Source of the DNA: Mobula hypostoma
Taxonomy: Eukaryota
Direction of reading: 5' to 3'
DNA length: 64,000 nt
Assembly (NCBI RefSeq): GCF_963921235.1
Contig: NC_086097.1
Location: 201,564,001-201,628,000, forward strand
Numbering within the stretch: the stretch's first letter is position 1; each line of letters starts with the position of its first letter. Position numbers and translations under genes: made by a program. Shown here in pieces: positions 51,001 through 64,000 of the stretch. A model generated the notes under the pieces. That model searched no databases. It was not told where the DNA came from and was given only the letters and a program-made list of their open reading frames with translations.

Positions 51001-52671
51001 GTGGAAGTGAGCGAGGTTCTCAATGAATACTTCTCTTCGGTATTCACAACTGAGAGGGAACTTGATGATGGTGAGGACAATATGAGTGAGGTTGATGTTC
51101 TGAAGCATGTTGATATTGAGGGAGAGGTGGTGCTGGAATTGTTAAAATACATTAGGACGGATAAGTCCCCGGGGCCTGAAGGAATATTCCCCAGGCTCTC
51201 TGGCTAGGATCTTTATGTCCTCGTTGTCCACAGGAATGGTACTGGAGGATTGGAGGGAGGCGAATGTTGTCCCCTTGTTCAAAAAAGGTAGTAGGGATAG
51301 TCCGGGTAGTTATAGACCAGTGAGCCTTACATCTGTGGTGGGAAAGCTGTTGGAAAAAATTCTTAGAGATAGGATCTATGGGCATTTAGAGAATCATGGT
51401 CTGATCAGGGGCAGTCAGCGTGGCTTTGTGAAGGGCAGATCGTGTCTAACAAGCCTGATAGAGTTCTTTGAGGAGGTGACCAGGCATGTAAATGAGGGTA
51501 GTGCAGTGGATGTGATCTATATGGATTTTAGTAAGGCATTTGCAAGGTTCCACACGGTAGAGTTATTCAGAAAGTCAGAAGGCATGGAATCCAGGGAAGT
51601 TTGGGCAGGTGCATTCAGAATTGGCTTGCCTGCAGAAAGCAGAGGGCTGTGGTGGAGGGAGTACATTCGGATTGGAGGGTCGTGACTAGTGGTGTCCCAT
51701 AAGGATCGGTTCTGGGACCTCTACTTTCTGTGATTTTTATTAATGACCTGGATGTGGGGGTAGAAGGATGGGTTGGTAAGTTTGCAGATGACACAAAGGT
51801 TGGTGGTGTTGTAGATAGTGTAGAGGATTGTGGAAGATTGCAGAGAGACATTGATAGGTTGCAGAAGTGGGCTGAAAAGTGGCAGATGGAATTCAACCTG
51901 GAGAAGTGTGAGGTGGTACACTTTGGAAGGACAAACTCCAAGGCAGAGTACAACATAAATGGCAGGATACTTGGTAGTGTGGAGGAGCAGAGGGATCTGG
52001 GATACATGTCCACAGATCCCTGAAAATTGCCTCACAGGTAGATAGGGTAGTTAAGAAAGCTTATGGGGTGTTAGCTTTCATAAGTTGAGGGATAGAGTTT
52101 AAGAGTCGCAAGGTAATGATGCAGCTCTATAAAACTCTGGTTAGGCCACACTTGGAGTACTGTGTCCAGTTCCGGTCACCTCACTATAGGAAGGATGTGG
52201 AAGCATTGGAAAGGGTACAGAGGAGATTTACCAGGATGCTGCCTGGTTTAGAGAGTATGCATTATGATCAGAGATTAAGGGAGCTAGGGCTTTACTCTTT
52301 GGAGAGAAGGAGGATGAGAGGAGACATGATAGAGGTGTACAAGATAATAAGAGGAATAGATAGAGTGGATAGCCAGCGCCTCTTCCCCAGGGCACCACTG
52401 CTCAATACAAGAGGACATGGCTTTAAGGTAAGGGGTGGGAAGTTCAAGGGGGATATTAGAGGAAGGTTTTTTACTCAGAGAGTGGTTGGTGCATGGAATG
52501 CACTGCCTGAGTCAGTGGTGGAGGCAGATACACTAGTGAAATTTAAGAGACTACTAGACAGGTATATGGAGGAATTTAATGTGGGGGGTTATATGGGATG
52601 CAGGGTTTAAGGGTCAGCAGAACATTGAGGGCTGAAGGGCCTGTACTGTGCTGTACTGTTCTATGTTCTAT
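48016..52671 (+). mobile_element. near full-length CR1 LINE pseudogene (ORF1 zinc finger and SGNH esterase; ORF2 APE endonuclease and RT)
   Basis: HICQKC, VVIGDSIVRG, IHVGTNDI; YFNARSI, AITETW, GKFNFPNI, FADDTK; TTCTATG tail; many stops and frameshifts. Confidence 0.95.
49625..50465. mobile_element. solo LTR (841 nt) inserted in CR1
   Basis: TGTCA...TAACA termini; 4-bp TSD ATGA/GTGA; CR1 sequence resumes on either side. Confidence 0.75.
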
Positions 52672-53369
52672 AAGAACCTGTCAACTTCCGCTTTAAATGT
52701 ACCCATTGCTACATCTGTCTGTAGCAATGGATTCCACAGATCCACCACCCTCTGGCTAAAGGAATTCCTGCTCCTTTCTGTTTTAAAGGACATCCTTTTA
52801 TTCTGAATCTCTGCCCTCAGATTCCAGACTCACCCACTGTGGAAACATCTTTTCCACATTCACTCTGTCCAGGCTTTTCAATGTTCAGTAGGATTCAATG
52901 AGACGTCCCCTACTCCTAAACTTCAGTGAGTACAGGTTGAGAGCTATCCATTTTCAGACTGTACAGTATACTAATCCTTTCATCCCCAGATAATTCTTGT
53001 AAATCTCTTCTGGACCCTTTCCAATGCCAACCTATACTTCCTTGTCGGGCTCAAAACTACTCTCAATATTCCAGATGTGGTCTGATCAATACCTTACTAA
53101 GCCTCAAATACTGAAATTTGGAACAATCCACTGATTTATTTATAGACATTAGAAAAAAACTCAAATTGCCTTGAACATTTTCAGTTCTGATATTTCACCT
53201 GAAATAGCTACACTCTGGAGTTCATGGAATTGGTTAGTTTCATCATTTAGTTTCAGTGAATATATTTCAATATATCGAGATGTCTGCCAAGGAGGTGAAG
53301 ATGAGAGAGTGGTAAATGTCCACCAGAGAGTGCTACTCCTAGGCTTTACTCTAAAGATGCCAATTTGAA

Positions 53370-55583
53370 CCATAGAATACTACAGCACAGAAAACAGGCC
53401 AATCGGTCCTTCTAGTCTGTGCTGAAGCATTATTTCGCTAGTCCCATTGACCTGCATCCAGTCCATAACCCTCCAGACCTCTCCCATCCATGTACCTATC
53501 CAATTTATTCTTAAAACTTAAGAGTGAGCCCGCATTTACCACGTCAAATGGCAGCTCGTTCCACAGTCCCACCACTCTGAGTGAAGAAGTCCCCCCTAAT
53601 TTTCCCGCCAAACCTTTCCCCTTTCACCCTAAAGCCATGTCGTCTCGTATTTATCTCTCCTAATCTAAGTGGAAAGAGCCTATTCACATTTACTCTGTCT
53701 ATACCCCTCATAATTTTGTAAACCTCTGTCAAATCTCCCTCATTCTTCTACGCTCCAAGGAACAAAGTCCTAACCTATTCAATCTTTCCCTGTAACTCAA
53801 CTCCTGAAGACCCGGTAACATCCCAGTAAATCTTCTCTGCACTCTTTCAATCTGACTGATATCCTTCCTATAGTTAGGTGCCAGAACTGTAAACAGTACT
53901 CCAAATTTGGCCTCACCGATATCTTATACAACTTCCCCCATAACATCCCGACTCCTATACTCAATACTTTGATTTATGAATGCCAGGATGCCAAAAGCCT
54001 TCTTTCCAGCCCTGTCTACCTGTGACGCCGCTTTCAGGGAATTATGTATCTGAACACCCAGATCCCTTTGTTCCTCCGCACTCCTCAGTGCCCTACCATT
54101 TACTGTGTATGTCCTACCTTGATTTGTTCTTCCAAAATGCAATACCTCACACTTGTCTGCATTAAGTTCCATCTGCCATTTTCTGGCCCATTTTTCCAGA
54201 TGGTCTAGATCCCTTTGCATGCTTTGAAAGCCTTGCTCGCTGTCCACAATGCCTCCAATCTTAGTGTCATCAGCAAACTTGCTGATACAACTTACCAGAT
54301 TATTATCTAGATCATTGATATAGACAACAAACAACAATGGCCCCAGCACAGATCCTTGAGGCACACCACTAGTTACAGGCCTCCAGTCTGATAAGCAATC
54401 ATCCACTACCATTCTCTGTCTTCTCCCGCACAACCAATTTTGAATCCAGTTTACAACCTCTCCATGGATACCTCGTGTCTGAACCTTCTGAACTAACCTC
54501 CCATGTGGGACCTTGTCAAAGGCCTTACTGAAGTCCATGTAGACAACATTCACAGCCTTTCCTTCATCTACTTTCTTGGTAAACTCCTTGAAAAATTCTA
54601 CAAGATTCATTAAACACGATCTACCACGCACAAAGCCATGCTGACTATCCTTAATCAGCTCTTAGCTGTCCAAATACTTGTATATTCGATCTCTCAGAAC
54701 ACCTTCCAATAATTTACCTACTACTGATGTCAGGCTCACCAGCCTGGAATTACCTGGTTTACTTTTGGAGCCTTTTTTAAACAATGTAACAACATGAGCT
54801 ATCCTCCAATCCTCCGGCACCATACCCGTGGCTAAGGACATTTTAAATATTTCTGCTAGGGCCCCTGCAATTTCTACGCTTGTCTCTCTCATGGTCCAGA
54901 TGATTTATCTACTTTTATTCACTGTAAGGCAGCAAGCACCTCCTCCTCTTTCATCTCTATATGTTGCATGACACTGCTGCTTGTTTCCCTTCCTTCCATA
55001 TACACTATGCCAGTTTCCTGAGTAAATACTGATGCAAAAAAATTGTTTAAGATCTCCCCCATCTCGTGAGGCTCCACACATAGACGACCACTTTGATCTT
55101 CTCAGGGATCAATTTTGTCCCTTACTATCCTTTCACTCTTAATGTAGTTGTAGAAGCCCTTCTGGTTTACCTTCACATTATCTGCCAAATCAACCTCATG
55201 TCTTCTTTTTGCTTTCCTGATTTCCTTCTTTAGTATTTTCTTACATTTTCTATACTCCTCAAGTACCTGATTTGTTCCTTGTTGCCTATACCTGCTATAC
55301 ACCTCTCTCTTTTTCTTAACCAGATCACCAATATCCCTTGAAAACTAAGGTTCCCTATGCCTGTTAACTTTGCCTTTAATCCTGGCAGGAACATGCAAAC
55401 TGCACTCTAAAAATGTTGCCTTTGAATGCCTTCCACATACTGAACACATCCTTGCCAGAAAACAACTTATCCCAATCCACTCTTCTAGGTCTTTCTCGTT
55501 TCCTCAAAATTGGCCCTTCTCCAGTTTAGAACCTTAACTTGAGGACCATACCTATCCTTATCCATAATTAACTTGAAACTAAA
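53370..55583 (-). mobile_element. CR1 LINE ORF2 pseudogene, 5'-truncated
   Basis: 235-aa ORF 53924-54631 with YMDFSKAFDKV, GVPQGSVLGP, FADDTK. Confidence 0.95.
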
Positions 55584-56199
55584 TTGGCTCCAGTGTGGAT
55601 ATTGCGGCGCGGCAATATGGAGCACGTGGGTGAATTGTTTGTTAGGTGCTATTATCCTTCCGGTATTTATGTCTTGGTCCTGTTTGTTTCTTGACAGGAA
55701 GTTCAAAAAATTGATTCCAAATACACTCATTGAAGGGATGTGGACTTTTCACAGGCTGAGCCTGTGTTTAATTGCCCATCTTAATTGTTCGTGAGAAAGT
55801 GACATTAAGATGTTATTGAACTGCTGCAGGAATTCAGTTAATTTTTGCTCCAGACCACAGCATCTTGTACCCTTGTGTCTTCCTGCTGTTGCAGTCCTTA
55901 ATGGGTGTGTGCACCCACAATGCTGGGGGGGGGGTGCGCGATTTCCAGGACTTTGATCCAGTGACACTGAAGGAACAGCAAAATATTTCCATGCCGGGAT
56001 GGTATATAGCTTGGAGGAGATCTTACTTGGAGGGTGCTGATATTTCTATTCTTTTGCTGCCCTTATCATTCTAACTGGTAAAAGTCTTGGGTTTGAAAAG
56101 TGCTGTCACCAGGAGAGTTGTGCAGTGTCAGGGATCAGGAATTCCCAGAAAATACCAGAAATGTTTCTTATTTCAAGCAGGCTTTGGACACATCTTTAA

Positions 56200-57034
56200 C
56201 ACTCAGTGACATCTCAGTGACACCTATACACTTGCTCATTAGTGCAAATTAACCAAAGGGGATAATTTCAGTCACCTTCACTTGCCACATCACTGAAATG
56301 TTTCCACACCTATGGACTCACTTTCAACATCGCTTCATCTCATGTTCTTGATATTTATTGCTTATTTATCTATTATTGTTATTTCTTTCTTTTTGTATTT
56401 GCAATTTGTTATCTTTTGCACACTGGTTGAACACGTAGTCAGTCTGGTCTTTCATTGATTCTATTATGGTTATAATTCTGTTATGGATTTGTTGAGTATG
56501 CCTACTAGTCAATGTATCTAAGGATTGTATATAGTGACATATATGTACTTAGATAATAAATTTACTTTGAACTTTGAAATATCTAATCAGCTAGTCATGT
56601 GGCATCAACTGAAATGCATAAAAGCATGGTCAAGAAGTTCAGTTGTCCAGACCAAACATCAGAATGGGGAAGAAATGTGACTTTGACGGTGGAATGATAC
56701 TTGGTGCCAAACAGTGTGGTTTGAGTATCTGAGTTTCAATATATAAAATGTACAGAGAATTGTGTGAGAGGGAAAAAAACCAATCCCGTGAGCAGCAATT
56801 CTATGGGCAAAAATGAGAGAGGTCAGAGAAGAATGGTCAGACTGGTTTAAGCTAACAGGAAGGCGACGGTAACTCAAATATGCATTTCAACAGTTGTGTG
56901 CAGGAGAACACCTCTAAATGCACAACATGTCAAACCTTGAAGTGGATGCACCACAGCAACAGAAACCAACAAACATACACTCAGTGGCCACTTTATTAGA
57001 GACAGGAGGTACCTAATAAAGTGGCCACTGAATG
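56200..57034 (+). mobile_element. second non-autonomous Tc1-like copy with nested Rex-type tail (about 56250-56577)
   Basis: CACTCAGTG ... CACTGAATG/TA; collinear with 33402-34395. Confidence 0.8.
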
Positions 57035-57464
57035 TAAATTCTTCCCTGTGTGTCTGGTAAGACAAGAGCTCAGAATAGAATGTGTGTTTCAATTGCCTCA
57101 TGTCAGATATGTGAACGATGGATCTACCCAGCAGAGCCAAGTGAATGTAGCCAAGGTCTGACTGCTGGGAATATCGGCCTGACAGATGTAACTGACATTG
57201 TTTCACTTATCCTTGTTGGATGATTTTATAGAGATAATGTAGGTGGTGCCTGCTGCCAGTTATCTATGTCTGAGGGTTTGATCTTCAAATGACATTTTCC
57301 TCAGTAATGAAAGACTGCGCTGGTGCATTAAAGGGGATGGTTAACTCTCTCCTCACGCAGCAGTGAATCCCTATTACATATGTACCGAACACCAAAAAGT
57401 TGTTCAGGTATTTAATATTCACATTTTGGTCTACAATTAACCAACATTTGATACCGTAGCTGGT

Positions 57465-57750
57465 CTAGACAGGATTGATAATCAGTCTTTTCCCCTGTTG
57501 GAAAGATCAAACATTAATGGGCATAAGTTCAAAGTGAGAGGAAAAAGTTTAAAGACAATATGCAGGGTAGCTTTTTTCCCACATTGAGTCATAGGTGCCT
57601 GAAATGTCCTGTAGGAGTGGTGGAGGAAGCAGATGTAATAACAGCACTTAAGAATCATTTAGACAGGCACAGGAACAGGCAGGCAGATGGAATTTGTTTA
57701 GCTTGGCATCATAGCCAGCACAGACATAGTCGGTCACAAGGCTCGTTTCT
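57465..57750 (+). mobile_element. CR1 3' end, decayed
   Basis: VVEEADVITALKNHLDRH remnant. Confidence 0.7.
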
Positions 57751-58419
57751 GTGCTTAGCAGTTTGCTTAAGTTGAATCCCTGCATTAGTTTGACCCAAAA
57801 TGTCAACAGTTCCTCCCCTTCCCTCCCCCCCACCCCCAGATGTTGCTGATCTACTGGATTCCTCCAGCAGATTGTTAATCCAAGTTACTGCACCTCCAGT
57901 CTCCTGTCTCCTTGTTTCTGTGCCATGCTGCTCTATTCTGTCACAGTACCAATGCTTGACATTGCCCTTTCATTAATCAAAGTGACTTTCAATATAGGCT
58001 CTTTATAATCTTCCTCAGATTGCTATTAACGATCTTATTTCCACTTCCTTATGCAACTTTTATTGTTTTTGTTTCTGAAAATGGGGGCTGAAATTTTTGC
58101 TGGCAATTACTTCCTTCAGGGACTTGCATCCTGTTCAATATGCAACCTGTGACACAAAGAAACAAGCCAATATTCAAAATGTATTCTGAGGCTAAGTGAC
58201 TCCCAGAACATCTCTTGTGATCTATGAGTTTCGAACCAAACCCACTTGTAGCATCTACATAACCAAGCCAATACTCTTTCCGAGATCCCGTTGTCTGCTT
58301 GCACGAATTTTGCTGAGACATACTGCTACACGTTTATAAGCTTAGTCTCCATACTCAACCTGACATTAAATCTAGCATATCCAAATAAAATTGTCTGAAC
58401 TTCCCTGTTTGCCAGCCTA

Positions 58420-61400
58420 AAGGGGAGGGTTTAAACAAATTTGGCAGGGGTGTATGAACCGGGGTAAAAGGACTCAGATTGGGACGGATGGTAAAGAAGC
58501 AAAGATAGCGGGCATTCAGATTGTCAGGAAGGGCAGGCAGATGATAGGACTAAATTGCAGCCAGCAGGGTGAGTATCATTGCATTAGGGATGCAAGTTCA
58601 AAAGAGGTAGCAAATACAATACTCAGTGTTAAATCCGAATGCAAGAAGTACAAGAAATAAGATGGATGATCTTGTTGCTGTAATACAGATTGTCAGGTAT
58701 GATGTTGTGGCCATCACAGAATCATTGGATAAAGGATGGTTGTAGCTGGGATCTGAATGTCCAAGGTTACTCGTTGTATCAGAGGCATAGGAAGGTAAAC
58801 AGAGAGGGTGGTGTGGCTCTGCTGGTAAAGAATAGCATAAAATCAGTAGAAAGATGTGATATAGGATCAGAAGATGTTGAATCCTTGTGGGTTGAGTTAA
58901 GAAACTGCAAGGATAAAAGGACGCTGATGGCAGTTGTATATGGGCCTCCCACCAGTAGCTGGGATGTGAATCACAGATGAAAACTAGAAATACAAAAGGT
59001 GTGTCAAAAGGGCAATGTTATTATGATAGTCATGGAAGATTTCAACATGCAGATCGATCAGAAAATCAGGCTGGTAATGGATCTCAAGAGAGTGAGTTTG
59101 TTGAATGCCTGCTAGATGGCATTTTGGAGCTATTTGTCGTCAGCTATACTGGATTGGCTGTTATGTAATGAACCGGAGGTGATTACGGATCTAAAGGTAA
59201 AATAACCCTTAAGAGGCAGTGATCACAATATGATTGAGCTCAACTTGAAATATGAAATGGCCAAAGTAAATTGAAAGGAGCTGCTGGCAGGGACGACAGC
59301 AGAGCAGCAATGGCATGAGCTTCTGGGAAAAATGAAGAAGGTGCAGGATAGATTTATTCCAAAAATGAAGAAATACTCAAATGACAAAGTAGTACAATCA
59401 TGTCTGTCAAGGGAAGTCAAAGTTAATGTAAAAGCAAAAGAGAGGCCATACAACAACACAAATATTAGCAAGAAAATATTGGGAAGCTTTTAAAAACCTA
59501 CAGAGAACAACTAAAAGAATTATTAGAAGGGAAAAAATGAAATATGAAAGCAAGTTAACAAACAATATCAAAGTAAAAGTAGATATAAAAAAAAGAGATG
59601 AGAGTGAATATAGGACCACTGGAAAATCAGGCCAGAAAAATAATAACGGAGTACAAGGAGATGGCTAATGATCTGAATGAGTATTTTCCATCAGTCTTCA
59701 CTGTGGAAGACACAAGCAGTGTGCCGGATGTTGAAGGATGTGAGGGAAGAGAAGTGAGTGCAGTTACTATTACAAGGGAGAAGGTACTCAAAAACCTGGA
59801 AGACCTAAGGGTATAAAAGTCACCCGGACCAGTTGAACTGCACCCTAGGGTTCTGAAAGATGTAGCGGTAGAGATTGTGGAGATATTAGTAATGATCTTT
59901 CAAAAATCATTGCACTCTGGCATGGTGCCAGAGGACTGGCAAACTGCAGATGTTACTCCACTCTTTAAGAAAGGAAGAAGGCAGCAGAAAGGAAATTATA
60001 GTCCAATTAGCCTGACCTCAGTGGTTGGGAAGATGTTGGAGTCAATTGTTAAGGATGAGGTTATGGAGTACTTGGTGACACAAGACAAGATAGGACAAAG
60101 TAAGTATGGTTTCCTTAAGGGAAAATATTGCCTGGTAAACCTGTTGGAATTCTTTGAGGGATTACAGGTAGGATATATAAAGGGGATGCACTGGACATTG
60201 TAAGTTCGGATTTTCAAAAGGCCCTTGACAAGGTGCCGCACATGAGGCTGCTTACCAAGTTAAGAGCCCATGGTATAACAGGAAAGTTACTGGCATGGTT
60301 AGAGCATTGGCTGATTGGCTGGAGGCAGTAAATGGGAATAAAAGGATCCTTTTCTGATTGGCTGCCAGTGACTGGTGGTGTTCCGCTGGTGTTGGGTCCA
60401 CTTCTTTTTATGCTGTATATCAATGATTTAGATTATGTTGCCAAGTTTGCAGATGATACAAAGATTGATGGAGGGACAGGTAGTGTTGAGAAAACAAGTA
60501 GGCTGCAGAAGGACTCAGACAGATTAGGAAAATGGGCAAGAATGCGGGAAACAAAATACAATGTTGGAAAATGCATGGTCATGCACTTTGCTAGAAGAAA
60601 TAAATGTGCAGTGTGGTGGCTCGCCCACGCGGCAAGCGAACCGGCTCCAGCAGTCACGGGCGAGTCCGCAGCCAGCGGCAACCGAGGGGGCTCTGAGTGC
60701 AGGGCAGACCTCGGCCTGGAAGCCGACGTCACTTCCACCCCACAAAGAGCGGGGGATGCTGGGAGCAGGCACTTAAGCGCGCATGGATTGAAACAGTGAA
60801 CAGTTCAACGAGACCCTGCTCGACTCAGTGTGTTGCTTTCACTCATTGCGTATCAGCGCGACTACAGCAGACTATTTTCTAAACGAGGAGAAAGTCCGAA
60901 AATCTGAGATGCAAAGGGACTTGTGAGTCCTTGTGCAGAACACCCTAAAGTTTAACTTGCTGTTTGAGTTGGTGATGAGGAAGGTAAATGCAATGTTAGC
61001 ATTCATTTCAAGAGGTCTAGAATACAAGAGCAGGGATGTGATGCTGAGGCTTTATAAGGCACTGGAGAGGCCTCACCTTGAGTATTGTGAACAATTTTGG
61101 GCTTGTCACCCGAGAAAAGATGTGCTGGCATTGGAGAGTGTTCAGAAGAGGTTCTCAAGGATGATTCTGGGAACTAAAGGGTTATCAGATGAGGAATGTT
61201 TGATATCTCTGTGTCTGTACTTGCTGGAATTTAGGAGGATGAGGAGGGTTCTCATTGAAACCTTTCAAATGTTGAAAGGCCTAGACAGAGTAGATGTGGA
61301 AATGATGTTTCCCATGGTGGGGGAGTCTAGAACAAGAGGGTACAGCCTCAGGATAGAAGGGCATCCATTTAAAACAGGGATACAGAGAAAATTCTTTAGC

Positions 61401-61630
61401 CAGAGGGTGGAGAATTTGTGGAATTTGTTACCACAGGCAGCTGTGGAGGCCAGGTTGTTGGATGTATTTAAGGAAGAGCTTGATAGATTTTTGATTGGAC
61501 ATGGCATCAAAGGTTATGGGGAGAAGGCCAGGGAGTCGGGCTGAGGAGGGGGAAAAAAGGATCACACATGATTGAATGGTGGAGCAGACTTGATGGCCCA
61601 AATGGCCTAAATCTGCTCCTATGTCTTAAG
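58420..61630 (+). mobile_element. CR1 LINE ORF2 pseudogene with nested solo LTR
   Basis: VESLWVELRN, NYSPISLTSVVGKMLE, FADDTK and 203-aa C-terminal ORF 60933-61544. Confidence 0.93.
60612..60866 (+). mobile_element. short CpG-rich solo LTR (255 nt)
   Basis: TGTGGT...ACTACA termini; perfect 4-bp TSD GCAG (60608-60611, 60867-60870); removal restores CR1 NKCADYFLN. Confidence 0.8.
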
Positions 61631-63214
61631 GTCTAAGACCTAATCTTCTTCCATAAAACAAAACATCTTTTCCAAGTAGATGTTCATCCCCTGGGAGCAG
61701 ATTGACCACTAATGTACCAACACCAGCACATTTAATCAGATGTGGGAAGCTAGAATAATGTTGGACATTTTTAATCGTTATTTCCCATGAAATCCGGTAT
61801 TGAAGATTAATATGTTCATGAACATATGCACTTCCATAACCCAAACTATTCCTCATTTTCAATATATCAATTTTTGTCATTTTTCTTTAATAACCGTATT
61901 GTCCCCCATCCTGTGAGGCTCAGAAATAAGTTGCCAAAAAGGCATCCAAGTAAATGAAATTAAAATAGAAAATCTGTAGCAACAATCAATCTGCTGGAGA
62001 ATCACAGCAGGTCAAGCAGCATCTGTGGGAAGAAATGGGTGTCCATGTTTTGGGTCAAAACCCTGCAATCCTACTCTTAAAATATAGCAGATTTAGCAGA
62101 ATATAGTATTCAGCAGATAGTACCATATTATGTTAACTCTGTTTCTCTTTCCACAGATTCTTGCATTTTCCATTTTTATTTTAAGTTTACAGTATCTGCA
62201 GTCCTTTTGCTTTTTGACCTCTAACTAACTGCTTGCTAGGGTGATATTGGAATTACCAAATTAGTTGCATTCAGTAATGTGAATTAAATTATATTTTAAT
62301 GCGTTGCCAAGCAGCATTTTATGGCTCAGTAAGAAGCAATGGTGTGTGTAGAGCATGGCAAGGTGCCAGCCACAGTGTCATTTCATGTAAGTGAATATGT
62401 CAGATAAAACTCTACAGGAAATATAAAGAATCCTATAATTTGTATACGTTAGCAGATGGTTTCAGACTTGAAGGCATTTACTGAAAAGAAGAAATTACAG
62501 GCTACATGCAAACCAAAATGCAGTCTTAGAGCTGGACTTCTTCCTTACTTCTAAACATTTTATGAAGATTTTCAGGAAAACCTTTGAGAATCACATACAT
62601 TTCGACACGCTTGCACTTGGCCTTTGCGTATCAATCTCACTTGATTCTTTAAAGCAGGATTTATGTTAATGCAGCATGTTGAGGATCTGACACCTCAGCT
62701 GTTCTTAGTCATTGCCTTGCTTGCAGATCACTCACTATATGTTGACCTCACATCTAAAGTATTCTCTACTGTGCATGGAATGCTGGTGGCTGCTGGTATC
62801 AAATCGAATAAAAGGCTATCTTCACCAAATAATTTTATTCAGCAGCTGAGACCTGTCTTGTGGATACCTGAAAATGGAAAAGCACAAGATGTACTCATGG
62901 TAAGGATAGTAGCCCATGCCTACATCACCCACCTCTTAAAAGATGAGACGAGATTGAGAGATGACAGGAAATTATTAAGAGGTGGACTAGATGTGTGCAA
63001 ATCATTAAGCACTGACTTCAGCAGCTGCAGTCTGCCAATGCAGGCAGTGACTGTATGATATTTTTCCTACAAAGAAGAGGGAATGTGACAAGAGTTGTTG
63101 ACAAGGATGAATTGGACCCAAATGCTGGGATATCCAAAGCAAGGTTCGAGACACTGTTTTACACTGGATCTGAGCTCAAAACAAACACGAAGTGGTATCA
63201 TGAGTAGGCTTACC

Positions 63215-63284
63215 ATTGAGCACTGAACCACAATTCAGGTGTTTCTGAAATTGAGCACTGAACCACAATTCAGGTGTTTCTGAA
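63215..63284. repeat. perfect 35-bp tandem duplication
   Basis: ATTGAGCACTGAACCACAATTCAGGTGTTTCTGAA twice. Confidence 0.95.
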
Positions 63285-63589
63285 ATACTCAGTTCTTGGC
63301 ACTCAAAACATGATTACCAATTAGTGGGACTATTCCAAACCCTTAAAGGGACTGTGTCAGTTATCCATTCTCCAGGGAGTTTAAGCATCTAAATCCCGGA
63401 AGCTGGCGCAGTTGGCATCTTATAACACCCTACGGGTGACTCCTGATGGCCCTGGCTACTGGGAGAGGCGGTGATGGTAATCGTGGATGAAAGCTGGATC
63501 CGAGATGTCTCTTTCGCGCACCCAACACATTTTTCCTAATCCACGATATATTGCCAAACACCTTGAACATTACACGAGTCCAAAATTCT

Positions 63590-64000
63590 TTTCATCATGA
63601 AGACCTTTCCCCCCTTGACAAACTTGGACGATGGCAGGATGATGTTGGTGGGGCTAAGGAGATGGTGCAGACAGCTTTTAATTTAGATATGTGCAAGGTG
63701 GGATTGAATTTTAGGATCTTGGGGAGCTTCAAGGTATAAACATTTTCCAGAACTGTAAACAGGTCCAGGTCTGGATGAGAATGTGATGGGTATGATTAGT
63801 AAGGTTACAGATGATACAGTGGGACATGGATCAGATGGAAAGTTTTGTGGAGCAGTGACAGATGGAATTTAATCCAGACACGTGTGAGATAATGCATTTT
63901 AGGAAGTCAAATTCTATTAGGCCATATAGAGTACCTGTAAACGGCACGGACTTGGGAGGATATCCATCAGCTGATAAGTTGGGTAGAGCATAAAAATATA
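63590..64000 (+). mobile_element. decayed CR1 RT fragment
   Basis: ISKVTDDT and QMEFNPDTCEIMHFRKSN remnants. Confidence 0.65.

Larger units (their letters stand above)
47905..53105 (-). mobile_element. older CR1 3' end split by the long CR1 insertion
   Basis: 47905-48012 and 52672-53105 join into one CR1 3' end; AAGA occurs at both junctions. Confidence 0.65.

Noticed and set aside
60332..60799. Novel RT fusion protein ORF (155 aa)
   Set aside because: Chance read-through from a dead CR1 RT into the GC-rich solo LTR
63215..63284. CRISPR-like repeat
   Set aside because: Two adjacent copies with no spacer in vertebrate DNA: simple tandem duplication or assembly artefact
35677..64000. Next ASXL3 exon (ETPGSILVNTNLRALIN, start of ASXH/DEUBAD)
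   Set aside because: Not found by eye or in the ORF track; presumably downstream of the window, though a tBLASTn check is needed to be sure

Overview
Eukaryotic (vertebrate) genomic DNA. The repeat content (abundant CR1 LINEs, Rex1/Babar LINEs, tRNA-derived SINEs, Penelope-derived hairpins) points to a cartilaginous fish, probably a ray or skate (inference). The window lies inside ASXL3 on the + strand: two consecutive, phase-compatible internal coding exons (27787-27904 and 35548-35676) encode [83 protein letters not shown] did not find the neighbouring exons in the window. The rest is intron, mostly nested decayed transposons: CR1, Rex1/Babar, L1, an RNase H-containing I/Nimb-type LINE, Penelope-like elements, a Tf1/sushi-type chromovirus, other Gypsy remnants and solo LTRs, Tc1/mariner, hAT-Charlie and Chapaev3. 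No TE ORF is intact. Best leads: a minimal hammerhead ribozyme inside small TSD-flanked Penelope-derived hairpin elements, a self-priming structure in the chromovirus, two Tc1 copies sharing the same flank, a YY1/NRF1-headed non-coding retroposon, and an unexplained phase-compatible exon-like ORF at 62.7 kb. Family assignments come from motif recognition, not database searches. Boundaries of decayed repeats without TSDs are approximate.
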